A stretch of 64,000 bases of DNA. Origin: Chiloscyllium plagiosum (taxonomy: Eukaryota). Below the pieces are notes generated by a model. The model saw only the letters and a list, made by a program, of their open reading frames with translations. It made no database searches and was not told the origin of the DNA. The stretch's first letter is position 1; each line of letters starts with the position of its first letter. The position numbers and the translations under genes were made by a program. The DNA lies in contig NC_057738.1 of assembly GCF_004010195.1 (NCBI RefSeq), positions 31,130,793-31,194,792 on the forward strand. Direction: 5' to 3'. Below, piece by piece: positions 63,440 through 64,000 of this stretch.

Positions 63440-64000
63440 GTGAAGCCGCTGTTTGTCCAGCGTGGTTTAATTTGCTCTGTACCGGATGAATCCACAGCCT
63501 AACCTGAGTGAAAATGGTTTAGCTATAACCTCCTACCGACAAATCGGGCATTTCTTTTGAAAAATCTTCCCCCTCAATCAAGTCCCAAGTTTTACTGCCT
63601 CGGAATGTGTCAATTTGTTATTTAACTACCAAAAAAAGACACTTCTGTAGGTGAATTGGAAATGGCTGCTTTTGGATTGAGCTCTTGAAAACACATCAGT
63701 CTCCTCCCACTCTAAATGGAAGGAAACAAAAGCAGAACCCGTGTTTTAAGAGTGTTGTTAAATAGCATATCAATTTTGGCATTCATTACCAAACTTACCT
63801 TTCACTGCCCCTCAGTATCTTAAAAGATAAATCCATATAACCTACTAGGCAGCTGTAGCAAAACAAAAGCTGGATATATTCTGTAAAAGTATTGAATTGT
63901 TTATGCGTTGCTTGTTTTTCTTGTTAGCATGTTTCAACTTGTCCTGCTTCTGCTAAACTGTAACCTGTCAAAAGAAACTATAAATAACAAATCTGATGTA

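Overview
Eukaryotic, repeat-rich genomic DNA from a cartilaginous fish (shark; inferred from HE1/V-SINE-type SINEs and CR1, Penelope-like, L1, Tx1, Rex1 and Gypsy relics). Two minus-strand clade B (ov-)serpin genes were reconstructed exon by exon. The first is a complete SERPINB6-like gene (coding exons 47595-47771, 41828-41965, 41152-41269, 39382-39524, 32017-32181, 30103-30507; 378-381 aa; reactive loop P1-P1' Arg-Cys; one GC-AG intron). The second is the 5' half of a SERPINB1-like gene (exons 5016-5183, 3806-3943, 2520-2637) that runs off the left edge. Between them is a decayed partial duplicate of the SERPINB6-like 3' end (about 14.9-25.7 kb). In it a Penelope-like element occupies the place of the reactive-loop exon, a near-full-length L1 has inserted, and a 25-bp micro-inversion distinguishes it from the parent. 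The most striking non-genic signal is about 20 minimal hammerhead-ribozyme motifs (CTGAnGA-stem-GAAA-palindrome) in at least four sequence families. They are carried by Penelope-like elements and by tiny (100-550 bp) non-coding, often fold-back inserts with clean 10-16 bp target-site duplications (TSDs). Almost all other ORFs in the track are retroelement debris or chance ORFs. Repeat boundaries are approximate and identity figures are visual estimates.
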